NCBI RefSeq assembly: GCF_004010195.1
Contig: NC_057751.1
Location: forward strand, 9,747,457-9,807,456
Source of the DNA: Chiloscyllium plagiosum
Taxonomy: Eukaryota
Direction: 5' to 3'
Length of the DNA stretch: 60,000 nt
Shown in pieces: positions 24,053 through 37,130 of the stretch (the stretch's first letter is position 1; each line of letters opens with the position of its first letter). Under the pieces are notes generated by a model that saw nothing but the letters and a program-made list of their open reading frames with translations, ran no database searches and had not been told where the DNA came from. The position numbers and the translations under genes are program-made.

Positions 24053-24626
24053 GTAAGAGTATTCCTGCACCCTACGTGTGGTGTTTGCGATGGACCTGGG
24101 TCTGTGACTTGGATTGTTGCTGAGTGAAATCTTATTGCTTGGTGGGGATTTGTTTGAGACTGTCAAGGTATCCCTGACTCTTCTCAATGTGTGTTCACCT
24201 GTTGACCTGATCCAGTCGCTGGGAACCATCACTGTCATGTGATTTCTGTCAGACTTCATCCAATGCAGCTGGACAATCCTAGAGCACTGGAGCAACTTCT
24301 TTAATTCATCCTGTCAGCCTTGCCTTTTCCAAGAACATAAACCTTTTTAATTCCCTGTAGCTCTCCAATTTTTTTCACTTCAAGCACTGATCCAGTTCCC
24401 CTTTGAACGTCACTATCAAGTCTGTTTTTGTTCTAAATTGTGGGAGCCTGCTCTGTGAAAGAAACTCTCCTTTTTTCCTGTCATCATGAACCAGTGCACT
24501 CTGGCTCACAACCTTCCTGACACTGGCTATGCCACTGTTAAAACACAGCATAATTTTAAACACTTGAATTGTAATAAATCACACTGGAATCTTCTTTTCT
24601 CTAAGAACAATTCCAGTCTATCCAGA

Positions 24627-25247
24627 TGTAATGGACCAGGCCAGACCCCCTCAAAACATTTCAGGAAAGTGGCTTGGACTCTAACCTTTCTAGTTGTTTT
24701 AAGCAGGTGTAACATGGATATTCCAGGAGGGATGCAGCTGGCCCAAACACCTAATTTTAAACAAAACAGAATTTTTTTGCAAGATTACCGACTGAAACAC
24801 AAACAAAAAGAGAACAGAATAAAGAATAAATTAATCTATCCGAATACCCAACTGACTATCTCAAAATAATGATGCTGTTCCAAATACTTGCAACAAATGC
24901 TCCTTGGCATGAAAGGTAAATTTAAACACAGCCTCTTACAGGAGAGATGTCAGAGTGGGAGGATCAGCATGGACCTGCTTCTTTGGGTTCAGAACCTTCA
25001 CAATTCTGCTTGCTAAAACCAAACCAAACCAGAGTAAAGCTGAGCTGAGAGAACTGGCTGCTCCCCTTTCATTGTACTCGTGCCTTTTTAAAACTTGAAA
25101 GCTTTTTGCTTGAGGCAGTGTATGTTAGCTGAAATCAAACTGGCCCTAAAACCCTTCAAACGGAGACCTCCCGGAATCTCTGATTTTACGACCTCTCTGG
25201 AATGAAAAAGGTCAGCATAACCTTGTTAAAGGAGCAACATCATTACA
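24627..25247 (-). mobile_element. Solo LTR (Gypsy-like)
   Basis: TG...CA with flanks CAGA/CAGG. Homologous to 37882-38493 and 45891-46359. Confidence 0.8.
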
Positions 25248-25401
25248 CAGGTAACTGAAGTCCCCCATCCTTGAAGAAAATCTTGCACTCTGTCTATCCT
25301 TATGTGATCTGAATTGAAGGAGCTGCACTTTTTTAGTTTGTGGTAATTCTTCTGGGGTGAATTTGGCAAGGGCAATTAGGTTCTGTGCTGGAGGAGTATG
25401 A

Positions 25402-25515
<114 letters not shown>

Positions 25516-25604
25516 TGAGCTTCATTAGCAGAGATCTGAACTCACAACAAGTTTTTATGGAACTAACTGAGAGTTGTATCAGAAAATGACAACAATTGAT
25601 GAAC

Positions 25605-25824
25605 TTAAAAATGTGTTGCTGGAAAAGCGCAGCAGGTCAGGTGGCATCAAAGGAACAGGAGAATCGACGTTTCGGGCATAAGCCCTCCTCAAGGAATCCT
25701 GAAGAAGGGCTTATGCCCAAAACATCGATTCTCCTGTTCCTTTGATGCTGCCTGACCTGCTGCGCTTTTCCAGCAACACATTTTTAAGCTCTGATCTCCA
25801 GCATCTGCAGTCCTCACTTTCTCC
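25605..25824. mobile_element. Penelope-derived fold-back insertion
   Basis: Inverted arms of about 85 bp. TSD AACAATTGATGAAC at 25591-25604 and 25825-25838. Confidence 0.85.
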
Positions 25825-26046
25825 AACAATTGATGAACCATTGGAATGATGGTTACATGGTTAATTCCTTGCATGTGTTGAGGAATAGTGTGCTGCAGGG
25901 ATTGGAAATGCTAACTCGACTCATGGGTGGTCTCATAACTGGTTCTGATAAGAAAGCCTGAAGAGTGGGATGAATGTTGCTGCTGTGATTGAGAGTGCAG
26001 CCCTGATGATCTGAGTTTGTAACAGCTTTCTCTTGTGTCCCATCAG

Positions 26047-26148
26047 TATGAAGATATCTACAACTTCCCTATTCATACTTTTGATAAAGCGCTGGAAAAG
26101 CAGGATGAAGAGAGTGAGACCGACTCTTCGGAAGAAGAAGATGATGAA
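26047..26148 (+). CDS. MAK16: MAK16 exon 8
   Basis: catcag|[34 protein letters not shown]|gtaagt. Confidence 0.95.
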
Positions 26149-27384
26149 GTAAGTGGTGGTCGAAGTTGAAAGGAAAACAAAGCTGTCCAACCTTACATTT
26201 GATCTCTTGGATTCTGTTACAGTTTTATTGGGATTACTTTAATACTGGAAACCTAGGTTCCTCAGTTCTGCCTCCTTGAACACAACTGGTTTGGTGCATT
26301 GTTGTCAAACTTATGGGCAAATTGGGAAATCTGTTGTTGATCATTTTTGCTCATCAGAAAATGAAAACTCTGAAATAGGCACCGTCCTAGGCAGTGGTCT
26401 CCGGTGTTCATATCGGCATGATTTGTACTATTTTGCATGTGAGCAGGATGGATGAGGATTTTTGATTTTCATTTGTGGTTTTAGCTCCCGGGTTAGTATT
26501 TATATATTAGACGTGTGGAAAACAAGGGTGAAATTCCAGACTTGGCACCATGGAAACAGCAGCCTTGATTGTCCGGATTAAGAAGCTCGCCTCGTTGTCA
26601 GGTTCACCAGTCTGAGTCAACAACACAAACCTGAAGCATTAATGAACATTTCCAACAGGGAGTATGGTGGCACTATCTGTATTCCATGTCTTAATTCAGA
26701 ATGTACCTGTCTTGGAGTCAGGGTAGATGAATTTCTAAAGGGAATTTGAGAGTCTAGGTCATAGAGAAGGAGTGGTATTTGCAGGGTGAAACTGGCTTGA
26801 GACTGGGGGATGTGGTTGGAAAACAAGACTGTAAGAAAGGCAGGGGAAGATTTGGACTGTTGTGGGTCTAGAGACAGGGAAGGGTCTAGAGGGAGAGTGA
26901 GTGCATTTGGCTGTAGAGTGACCTTATGTCTCTTGAAAGAGAAAGAGAAAGGGAAAGGTTGTGGGTCAGAAGAGAGGGTGCGAAGGAGACTTTGGGCAGC
27001 GATGGTTTGGGTGTCTTTCATATTGAAAATATTGACCGCATTTTCTCTGCTGAAGTCAGAGCTGCAGTTAGATGGATTGACTTTGATATAACTCTGAGCA
27101 AAATTTGGGGAAAGATTGAGTTTCATACTTAATGACACTCTTGAGTCACTGATTACGTGAATTGCATTCACCTCAATTGTTCCCAAGCCATTTCCACAAA
27201 AATCCATGTTTGTAGCTGAAACCATGTTACTGTTGCTTGCACCACAATGGGCCAATGATTTTACTTCTCCAGTGCCATATACTGTCCAGAAATTTGAGAT
27301 TGGACAGGTAGGTGACATGTTGGAGTTACTGTCAGTCTCAAAATCAGCAAGCTCCTTGTAACGTGTCTTTCTTTCTCTCAACAG

Positions 27385-27450
27385 GATGTTGGTCAAGTGG
27401 AATATGTGGAGGGTGATGAAATAGACGAGAGTGACCTGAGTGACTTGGAG
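27385..27450 (+). CDS. MAK16: MAK16 exon 9
   Basis: caacag|DVGQVEYVEGDEIDESDLSDLE|gtattt. Human DVGKREFVEDGEVDESDISDFE. Confidence 0.93.
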
Positions 27451-27879
27451 GTATTTGGCTCAGTCGTGCCTGAATTCTTCTCATTTTGGGGGAGGGGCAT
27501 ATGATTGTTGTATTACAAAGGATGGGGTGTCAGTGGTGAGAGTGGAATAGAGCATGCACCCATTTTTAGTTGATTCCTGAGTAATTGAATGAAAAATGCT
27601 GTCTTCTGTTGGAAATTGTCAGCCATCTCAGCTGAGGTACGACATCCCTTTGAACTGTTTAACTGCAGAGAGTTTTAATACAATTGTCTGCATGAGAATT
27701 TGTTCCAGGTACCAATTTAAGGCCAATCTCTGCAGCAAACCCACCCTATTCATGAGTCAGGTCTTTTCTATAATGAAAAATCTCTTCAGAAAGAAACATG
27801 TTCATGATATGTGTAACACACTGCCCTGTCAGTTGTAGATTTTGGGTCTGCCTTGATACTCTATTAACTGTCTGGTTTT

Positions 27880-28320
27880 AATTTTAGGGACAATCTATAG
27901 GATTAAGGAAGTTACGTTAAAATACTTAATTGGGCTCGGTTGGAATATTGCATCCAGTCCTGGGTGCCATACTAATGGATTAATGTGAAGACACTCGAGA
28001 TAGTGCAGAAAAGATTGAGATGAATTGTTTCAGGATGAGGAACTGAGGTAATGTACTAAGATTTATGAAGTTTGGAAAGCAAGAACAAGAACACATAGAT
28101 TAGAAGTAATTGGTGGAAGATGCATTTAAGACGGGAGGAACATCCTCATGACACAGTGAGTGGTTATGATCTGAATGCATTGCCTGAGTATGTAGTGGAT
28201 GCGGGTTCAATTGAGTTATTTAAAAGAGAATTAGATGATTATTTTAAATGTGAAAACATGCAAAGTCATGACTAAGTCCTGGAGAAATGGCATATGGTAA
28301 ATTGCTACTTTACAAAGCCA
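27880..28320 (+). mobile_element. Old CR1 3' fragment
   Basis: Remnant of LEYCIQSWVP...VQKR and the CR1 3' region. Confidence 0.55.
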
Positions 28321-28399
28321 TGACTCACTGGGGTCTTGCAATGCAAGTTAAACCCCATGATTCCTGGAGTTGTCACAGAAGTTGAGGTTTTTAAAAGAA

Positions 28400-29080
28400 A
28401 TATCCAAAATCCCTACAATGTTCAGATCCAGATTGATAAAATACAAGGAACTTGACAAGATATCACTTTATTACAGGTCATTAGATTCCAGCCATAGGTA
28501 ACAATTAAGCTAAATGAAGTGAAGACTACAAATTAAAACTTGCAACACCCTATAAATTCCCCCTTGCAGACATAAACAGAGATAAGAATAAGTACAGGTA
28601 TTGTGGGAAAACGGGAAAAGCAGTTCCATCGCCTTTGTCCACGTGAACTTTTGGGTTGGATCTTGCTGATGAGAACATTTCTCTGAAACCTTTTTCTGGA
28701 TGTTTCTCCTGCTTTGCAAGAGGCACAGTGTGGCTGGTTCACTTGTAAAAGGGTCTCTGACTTAACCAATTCAAAGTCACAGCTTGTATTAACCGCCAGA
28801 GGAAAGATAAGCTTGTTTTCTTGAGGTTTCAAGTGATTTACTGCGGAGAGTTGAAAATTTCTGACTGCTTCAGACCTGCAGGTTTCTCATCTAGTCTGAG
28901 CTTCACTCTGTCCTGTTCACAGCCCAAACTTTTTAACTAACTGATGAGCAGTCATCCAGTTGTTGGCAGACAGGGTATCTTTGTCATTCATAATCAGTCC
29001 CTTGTCCACAAACCTTGGCTCCAATTCACCTGCACATTGCTAGAACCCACAGCTACACAAACAGGGTTCGCAGTAGATAT
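28400..29080. repeat. Interspersed repeat (LTR-like), second copy at about 44130-45150
   Basis: Shared blocks tttattacaggtcattagatt and tgcaagaggcaca...ggttcacttgtaaaagg in both places. Confidence 0.6.
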
Positions 29081-29622
29081 CACATTCTTTGCTTTCAAAA
29101 CATTCAGGCATCCTTGTGAATCCCCAGGTTTTAAAATGGTTCTTTGGCATTTTAGAAAAAACACAGAAAGACATCGTCTTTACCCAACATAGACACACTG
29201 TGATGATTCACCTCCTTCAGTGGTGCTGTAAAAAATTTGCCGTGCTTTGAAATTAATTTGATTAAAGTTTGCCTGCATTCCTGCTTCTGCTCACCATAGG
29301 TGGCATGTTTGTGTGGGCATGGATGAAGTCAGCTGTGATACATTGCTGCTTCAGCAGCCTACTTGCAATTCCTGATTTCAGATGACAAGTCACAGCTAAC
29401 CATGTGGCTGAGGAAACAAACTGTCCTTGGAACTGTCCCACTTGGAGCTTTCCCGATTGAAGGAATGTGTGTGTGACAGAAACAAACAGGAAAATCCAGG
29501 CAGTTTTTGAGCAGCTTGGCCCTTTCTTTGCTTTGTGCAATGGTGGATGTACTATTGTCATGCAATCCGTTGTTGAGAAGCGGCAACTGGCTGACTGGAA
29601 TTGATTTTTGACACATACACAG

Positions 29623-29817
29623 GACAACCTGGAAGGAGAGGAGGAGGAAGAGGAGGAGGAGCAGGAGCAATCCAGTGATGCAGAGGAACTGGAGAAAGAA
29701 CCCTCCACATCCAAAGGCAAAACACCGGTCAAGGGCCCAGCCCATAAGAAGCGACCATATGTGGAAATTGAATATGAACAGGAAACAGAACCAGCAGCCA
29801 AAGTGACGAGCTCGTGA
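29623..29817 (+). CDS. MAK16: MAK16 exon 10 (acidic tail and C-terminus)
   Basis: acacag|DNLEGEEEE...[34 protein letters not shown]. Conserved [12 protein letters not shown]. Total CDS 885 nt = 294 aa. Confidence 0.93.
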   Translation, partial: DNLEGEEEEEEEEQEQSSDAEELEKEPSTSKGKTPVKGPAHKKRPYVEIEYEQETEPAAKVTSS

Positions 29818-30051
29818 CCACTTTGTAGTGCTGCTTGTACTGAAGGTGAGGAATTGTGTTAACTCCATTGTAAAGACGTTGTAAAGCAAAGCAGCTTCCT
29901 GGTCTCCACTGTGGACGGGTTTCATTGCTGCTTCCAGTTATCATGGCCTTGATTGCACAAAGCAAGAACTATTCTTCAAGATTCTTTGTGTCAACTGTTC
30001 ATTTATATTTTCTCCATTTGTTTTAATTGTTCTCATTTCTATAAAACTATG

Positions 30052-30057
30052 AATAAA
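30052..30057 (+). terminator. MAK16 polyadenylation signal
   Basis: AATAAA 235 nt after the stop, preceded by a U-rich tract. Confidence 0.65.
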
Positions 30058-30969
30058 AGATGGGACTGATCTTTGTATAGTTCCAAAAAATGTCGTTTGG
30101 ACAATTATCTACTTAGATGCCAGCGGAAATCTGTCCAACCTGAACTGCTTGACAAAAGCTCCTTGAAATTGTGATTCAACTAACTACGTTGTATTTTCAT
30201 CAGATTTCGGTCTCTTGCGTGCAGTTAAAAGGATATGCAAAAGGTTCAGAGAATTCTTGGATTCTTTGAAATCCTTTTGGAGTGGCGTTCTCATTGGATT
30301 GGAGAGTAAATGGTAACACACGTAAACCTGAATCTTCCTGGTCGATGCATTACTATTGGGGGGGTGATTAATTGCACAGGGCAGCATCAGGTTCTGACAT
30401 TTCCTAACTCTCACTGGAAATGGAATTATAATTTTAACAGAGACTAAGGAATTGCCACGCTTGGGAGGTGCCGTGATAAGTTTTGGAAACTTGGCTGTTT
30501 TTCATTGTAGTGACCAAGCTCTCCTAGGTCAGATTAGGTACAGTTAGATTCAGAGTTCAAGGCTTTTTCCTGTGCATTGACATCAAGCACACATGTTGTG
30601 CCTTCTCTGAGCTTACATCAGCTTCAGAGTACGGAAGGGGATTGCCATTGAACACATCACTGTAAGGTTGCAGTTGTTCATTAGTCAGTGTGGAGAGCAA
30701 GGTTGAGACTTCAAGTGACAGGCCACTGGAGTACATTGTTGCCAGCTTTGTGCTGTTCTCTTAAATGGCACGATTCACAATGTGCTGGCATCGAACCAAG
30801 TCTGGCACCAACACATTTGAGCTTGAGCAGTAATGAATAAACATGTTAATGTGGCTGTAGTGACTTGGTAGATTATTCCCCATGCCCGGATCCAGTTTGC
30901 ATTGTTTATCCTGAAAGCTGCATTTGCAATGAGGGTAGACACAAAGACTGGTGATGTTTTCTGCTTTTG

Positions 30970-30975
30970 TTTATT
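30970..30975 (-). terminator. TTI2 polyadenylation signal
   Basis: TTTATT on + (AATAAA on -), about 36 nt after the TTI2 stop. Confidence 0.6.
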
Positions 30976-31011
30976 AAGGTTTTATACATTTACTGTTCTG
31001 GTGGTGACTTA

Positions 31012-31092
31012 TTACACATCTTGCTGCACCCTTTGCAGGCAGTCCAGTACTGTTGCATTCTCACAGCTCTGGCGCACTCCTTCCAGGAGAAC
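31012..31092 (-). CDS. TTI2: TTI2 last coding exon
   Basis: ttttag|VLLEGVRQSCENATVLDCLQRVQQDV*. Confidence 0.88.
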   Translation of the reverse strand, partial: VLLEGVRQSCENATVLDCLQRVQQDV

Positions 31093-31482
31093 CTAAAAGA
31101 GCAAAAACAGATTAAACCACCCCCTGCTGCAGTGAGTGTGTTGGCTGATTTAGGTCAGTGCATTTCCAAAGCAATGTTCCCACAAGTGGTACAATGTTTC
31201 AATATTCAAAATTCTTTGCTAAACAAACCACAATAAATAGTGGACATTCTGTTCAAATAAAATGTGTACATTTTGAATTTCATTGATGGATGAACAGGAG
31301 TTAGTTCAAGTTCAATTTGTCAGTCTGTAGGCCATGTTGGATGAGATAATGGTTAATCTGTGTTTTGGCTTTAACTGAGGGAGCTTCTCTGAAAATGAGC
31401 TTGTTTCTCTTCCCTAACGTTTGCAATTTTCCCCCACGCCTACCCTACCCCCACCACAAGAGATCACCAGAAATTAACTTAC

Positions 31483-31645
31483 TGTTACTTTGCGTTCGCA
31501 GCAGCGATTAAGTAGGATCAGGCAGTGGGTGGCATCTTGTAACAGCTCTTCCTTCACACGTGGTGGTGTTGGACCTTGGTCAGTAGCCATATCATATATG
31601 AATTTCAGTAAAGACTTGAGCAAAACCTCCAGCCTCATGGACATT
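31483..31645 (-). CDS. TTI2: TTI2 coding exon 6
   Basis: aaacag|A MSMRLEVLLKSLLKFIYDMATDQGPTPPRVKEELLQDATHCLILLNRCCERKVT|gtaagt. Confidence 0.92.
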
Positions 31646-31743
31646 CTGTTTCAAAAACAAAAAAAAAGAATGTTTACGGTTGAGGTTTAACTGGCTGAAT
31701 AAGGCATGAAAATCTCAAATGTTCATTTTGGTTTTGCTGGTAC

Positions 31744-31887
31744 CTGGGCCAGGCCTGTTGAATCATACTCTGGAATGCTTGGAGAACACAGAGCCTGGCC
31801 GCTTCTTCTGGTCCATCATACACCTCCAGGTATCCCAGAATCACTCTCTGCAAACGCTTCAAGTGGCGAACGACCATAATGCCCAAC
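31744..31887 (-). CDS. TTI2: TTI2 coding exon 5
   Basis: LGIMVVRHLKRLQRVILGYLEVYDGPEEAARL...AWP, matching human LGILTVRHLKRLERVIIGYLEVYDGPEEEARL. AG/GT boundaries in phase. Confidence 0.95.
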
Positions 31888-32488
31888 CTGGCAACATAGA
31901 CAGAGTGCTGAGTGACCAGTATTCTGGATGTTGGAGGACAAGTGGACGTGAAAGACACAACCTTAACTTCACTGTTCAGAGAGATTGAGGAAGAGAGGTC
32001 AGCATTTTTCGTGTCTGCTGTCCTTGTTTTCCTGCCCTCCTTCAGAATGACTAACTTGTCGGTTCGGCCACAGTTCAGTCAGCATAAGAATGTATAATAA
32101 GTGGTGAAAGATCAGCACAGTCAGCTGTTATTATTCTGTTCCTATTCTGTCCTCATCTAACATGTTGGAACACATTTTTGCAACCAGATTACTTGGTGAT
32201 ACGCAGGAACCCTGTCCAATTTCCACCCACCCTAGCCTTATCTTGAGGACACCCAGAGACTAATTGCAGTGAGCTATTCACCTGACCTTGAACAATCAAA
32301 TGGTCGGCCCCTGGCTCTCTCTGATTCCATTTCATGACTGGGCTGTGCTCAGAACCACTGAGGAATAGAGAGAGACTGTGTGAGACACATGGGGAATGTG
32401 GCAGGAATGTACTGCTTCCCTCAACGGGCACCACACGAACCAGCATGATCGAACAGTGATCTTGTCAATAAAATACAGCAGTTCTCAC

Positions 32489-32670
32489 CTCTCCGTGAAA
32501 ATGGGCAGATGTTGGGCATACACTCGACGTAGAGGGATCTTGTCTTCAACCTCCATGTGGGTAAGAATGAGGCAGAACACTTTGTCATAGCGATTGGCTC
32601 TCTGCTGCCCACGAATGACATGTGATTTCTCAAGAAGTGGAAGGAGGTCAAGTAAGCAGGACAGCACATT
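32489..32670 (-). CDS. TTI2: TTI2 coding exon 4
   Basis: tttcag|NVLSCLLDLLPLLEK...LILTHMEVEDKIPLRRVYAQHLPIFTE AG|gtgaga. Confidence 0.93.
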
Positions 32671-33301
32671 CTGAAACAGACAAGGAACCAGTTATGGGTC
32701 AGTCACACTGCCATTTGTCGTGCAGGTCCAAAATTGTACAGATGTCTAAAACCAAAACTAAGAACTTTTTGGCAGATCAGGCAGCATCCACAAAGACCTA
32801 AGGCATAACTCAGACTGATGACCTTCAGTCAGAACTGGTCCCATGTGTGATACTGGAATTATGTCCACTGGAATTATGTCTACTGAAATAGAAAAGTAAA
32901 CACTGCCACTCAGATTAAAGTACAGTTTAGAAGTTAATTGCTGAAGCAGGCCTTGAACTGACAGGTGAAGAGATGACCAGTCGTGGCTTGGTAATTCCAG
33001 TCAAAGGTGAAGGAAGCAATGTCAGCCTTCCCAAACTCATGGTCTAATGGAAATTGGATTAAGTGTGTACCAAGAACAGAACCATTAATATGGAGTGATA
33101 AAACATTTCAGTCTTTCCACAATCTGTGTGGTCACATACAGTTCATTAGCTGCACAACTAATCTATCACTCTTCCGTTTCTGTTCTGTACAAATAAACAG
33201 ACACTTGATAAGATTTGAAGGCTGGGTGCCTGTAACTACTGGCCCAGGGATTAAGGTGGCATGTTCAGATAAATGGAGATAAGGTGAGGATACACACTTA
33301 C

Positions 33302-33394
33302 CTGGATGAGCGAAGCCTCAGGAGTATACAAGTGATTGTAGAGAGCGTGGTATACCACCTGCGCTCGGTTATACTGCAGGAGCTCTGCAGCAGG
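33302..33394 (-). CDS. TTI2: TTI2 coding exon 3
   Basis: tttcag|PAAELLQYNRAQVVYHALYNHLYTPEASLIQ|gtaagt. Confidence 0.95.
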
Positions 33395-34154
33395 CTGAAA
33401 CGCAAAGCAGAAAGCTGTCAACACAGGGATACTTGCAATCTCTTCCTGTCCACGAGACCAACAGAACAGTCAGGGTTCAGGAACAGGAGGATGACTGAGT
33501 CAAAAAAAGTACTTGTTACGAACACCAACCGCCCCATGACTGTCCTCCACACCTTCACTCTCCCACAGGAAAGACAATGGTCTCCTGAGCTCACTGTTAG
33601 AATCCATTGGAACAATTCCCTGTCCCAAACCCTAACATGACATGTGCACACAACGCACTACTGTTGTAATAGGTTGTTTGTGCTGCACTGCAGGAGTGGA
33701 AAGAACATCCCTTCAGTTGAGAAAGGAAAGAACTAATGTATACAGCATCTTAAACATATGAAGGTGTTTTACATTCACTTAATTATTTCTGATGTGTTGT
33801 TGCTGTTCTGCAGTGAATGCAACAGATTATTTTCACACAGCAAGCTCCCATAAATACTAAACTCGACAAACGATAGCTGGGATATAGGACAATTCCTATT
33901 CTTTGTCCTGTACCTTTAAATCTTCCACCTCCATGGAAAGCTTTGGAATGGGCAAACATGAAACTGTGTTTAACATCTGATCTTATAGTCAGCAGCTCCG
34001 ACAGTGTGGGGCTCTCGGTCCTGCGCTAAGTCAGCCTTGTTTTGCATTTGGTCAGAAACACCTCCAGCAGAATTTCTTCTCTGCAATTTGTCATGCACAG
34101 GCCTCCACTAGATCCATCCCACTCCACACTCCCCAATCTCCAGCCTCCACGTAC

Positions 34155-34341
34155 CACATTGTCAATGATGTGCTGGAGGCACCTCACGCCCAGTATCTTA
34201 TTTTCTGTCCTGTAGTCATCAGAGAAGAGGAGGGATGGGGGCAGCACTACATCCAGGTGCTCAGCCAGCCATGGCCTCCTCACCTTCTGCAGGAGCCACC
34301 GAAATACATGTTTTGTGGCTGGATTTGACTTCCAGGTGTTT
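34155..34341 (-). CDS. TTI2: TTI2 coding exon 2
   Basis: ctacag|A NTWKSNPATKHVF...PPSLLFSDDYRTENKILGVRCLQHIIDNV|gtacgt. Confidence 0.95.
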
Positions 34342-34714
34342 CTGTAGAAATGTACACACAAATCAGTTAGTGGTATTCTGTTCAAAATTGGGAGCAAAAA
34401 AAAATTACAAGTTGTGTAGTGACTCGTCACATCCAGTTTTGAGAAAGCATGCTTACTGGAGGATAGGGACACAGACTGCATTTTTTCTTCCTGGAGCAGG
34501 AGATGGATGCTCAGTAAGTTCCAGCTGGAGCACCAGCACAGATACTCAACAAAGCTCAGCACAATCACACAGTGTAGAAGTCACCTGCAGTGGGATGAAT
34601 TGCCCATTCATTGACCTTTCCCCACCCCTCTGACAAACAAAGTGAATTACATGGTCCATCAAAGAGTAGAGACCATCTGGCGAAACAGGCAGCAGTGCCA
34701 ACAAACAGACTCAC

Positions 34715-35400
34715 TTGTTCATATGTGGTTTCATCAGGTGCAGCACAGCTCCCAGAGCTCCCCTGCCTTCCTCCTCTGCACCACACAGGAGTTCTATGAC
34801 AGTCTTGCACCCCACAGCGTGCACTGCAGCTGCCAACAGCTCGTCTGCAGCCAGCCGAGATGCTGCATTGGTCCACGGCTTCTCTTCGCAGTGTGTAGCA
34901 CAAAAAATAACCAGATGTGGCAAAATGGCTCTCAGAACAGAGTCTGGCAAAACTGTTGTGACGTGAGGCGTCATTTGCTCTGGCCTTGCCTGCAGTTTCC
35001 AGAGGAGAGCTTTCAAGGTTTGGGCCACGTTGCAGGCTCTCTCAGGTGTCAGGTTATATGCATCGTCAGGTAATTCGCCACTATCGGTCTCACATCTGGG
35101 CAATCCTGAGTACTCTATCAGGGCAGCTGTGAAATTGACATAGATTTGAACAATGTCTGACATGTCATTCTGGAAGCAGTCAAGAAGCCAGGCAGGGTCA
35201 GCCTGTAGAAACAATTCTCTTGCATCATCCAAAACTGATCCTTTGTGTCTTATCAGTTTCTCATTTGACAAGTCCCCTAAAATTTTCCTGAGAACATGCT
35301 CGACTGCTGGGACTTGTATTCTTTGATGAGAATCCTCTTCCACAGTCCTGCTTTTGCCTGCGAGGCGCAATTTCTGAATAATTTCTGAAGGATCTTCCAT
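34715..35400 (-). CDS. TTI2: TTI2 first coding exon
   Basis: accATG EDPSEIIQKL...HLMKPHMN AA|gtgagt, with acceptor ttcccag at 35450. Total CDS 1536 nt = 511 aa. Confidence 0.88.
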
Positions 35401-35937
35401 GGTACTTTTTTCTTTGGCTTGGTCCACTATCAGAAATTCATACTTTAATCTGGGAAAAAGAAGGCATTCTTTTTGACCAAAGGCAACATTAGTCATCCAA
35501 GAGCACATGTACCAGGCAAGAAATACCCAAGCAAACTGAGCTGCTAAACATTTCTGTTTGCAGATTATTACTCATTATCAATGACTGAGCGGGTTCTCAA
35601 TCTGCTTTGAGAATCTTCAAACAGAAACCACCTGATTTATTTTGCTATTGATTTTGCATAATTTTTAAAATTCGTTCACAAGCTAGCTCAGCCAGCACTT
35701 ATTGCCCAACCTCAATTACCAGAAGGCGGTTAAAAGTCAACCACACTGGAGCCATACCAGGTAATGATGCATGACAGTGACAGCAACCTAGATTTGTAAC
35801 TGAAACCCTCATGTAATAAAGTATGAGTGAGATGTTTTAAAATTTGAAGAACACGCTTATCAGAGTGCAGTAATCTGCGTATCTGATCCGATTCCTTTGC
35901 ATGACCATGTTCTGCGAAGGGATACCAAGAACATTAC

Positions 35938-36108
35938 ATTAACAATCACACAGCACCAGGTTATAGACCAACAGGTTTATTTGAAAGTACAAGCTTTCAG
36001 AGTGCTGCTCCCTCTTCAGGAGCTACCAGATAAACCTGTTGGGACGATAACCTGGCATTGTGTGACTTTTAACTTTGTCCATCCAGTCCAACACTGGCAC
36101 CTCCACAT
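35938..36108. mobile_element. Penelope-derived fold-back insertion (second family)
   Basis: Inverted arms caccaggttat..caacaggtttat / ataaacctgttg..ataacctgg. Flanks CAAGAACATTAC / CAAGATCATTAC. Confidence 0.65.
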
Positions 36109-36689
36109 CAAGATCATTACGCATGAGACCATCACAGTTCACCAATCCAATGGCCTGTCCTGGGGGTGCATCCCAAATTCAGTGATTTCCCAGAAGTTGC
36201 TTTTTTTTTACACAACCCCCGACTGATCCACCACCCTCCTCGAATAACAGGATCACCGCGGGAAGTTTTACTTCCCAGCCACCCCTCAGCTCACGTTCCA
36301 ATAAACACCTCTAGTTCGCCCACACAGTGGGCCGAAAACTAATTTTATTTGGGGTGGGAAGGGAACGAAGATGGAGAGTTGCTTGTGTGGGAAATGATCC
36401 ACTCAGGCAAAAATAAATGAAATGCAGGGAACGGAGTGGGGCAGCAGCCTCAGCCAGCAATCCGTGAGGAGGGGAAGGCTCTCTGTCTCTGTGGGATCAG
36501 TGCAGGGCTGTTGTACATTGGAGCAGTTTGGATGGTCCCGGTCCCAGCCCCAGCCCCAGCATTGTGGGGTGGGGGGGGGGGGGGGTGGTTGACGGTTAAA
36601 TCACATTCTCTACAATCAAATCCCTTTTCCTGTTGTCCATCTTCAACGAGGGTTGGAGAAAGCTCTGGTTTTTTTTTCACCAGCTCCTC

Positions 36690-37130
36690 CTGGTCGGGCC
36701 AAAGGGCAGAGAGTCTGGATCAAAGGGAAGGAGCCAAGGCCCAGACACACAGACAGAGAGTGAAGGCCCTGGGGCCCAGCTCCCGAAGGCCGCCCCCCTC
36801 CTCCTCCTCCTCCTCGCTACTGGCGCTGACCTTCCTGTCGGCCCAGCCCGTTTCCGGTCAGAAACTCCCCGCCTCCCTCCATCCAAAAGGGGAGTTTCTT
36901 GCCGTGTGCAACCGACGGAGAGGGAAAAAAAACATCACCCACCGCTCTTTCCACACGGACTGGATAGGCCGCGGACCGCGTCACAGCACTGGTCGTCACC
37001 GACTCTCCCACCCCCCTGGGAAACGCGAGCACCGCACTTTAGTTCCGCCTCCACTCCCAGCCCCAGCTCAGTGGACCCAGCCCTCCTTTAAAACCCAAAC
37101 ACAAACCGGGCCTTGCGACCCCACCTGCGA
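36690..37130 (-). promoter_or_regulatory. TTI2 CpG-island promoter and probable non-coding exon 1
   Basis: GC/CpG-rich island 1.3 kb upstream of the first coding exon acceptor, with an ETS-like CCGGAA and GC boxes on the minus strand. Exact exon limits not determinable. Confidence 0.65.

Noticed and set aside
26617..27396. 259-aa minus-strand ORF in MAK16 intron 8
   Set aside because: Non-ATG start, S/L/P-biased composition from a purine-rich strand, and no recognisable family.
29199..29376. Intronic box C/D snoRNA candidate (GTGATGA) in MAK16 intron 9
   Set aside because: No suitably spaced box D with a terminal stem and no recognisable rRNA antisense element.
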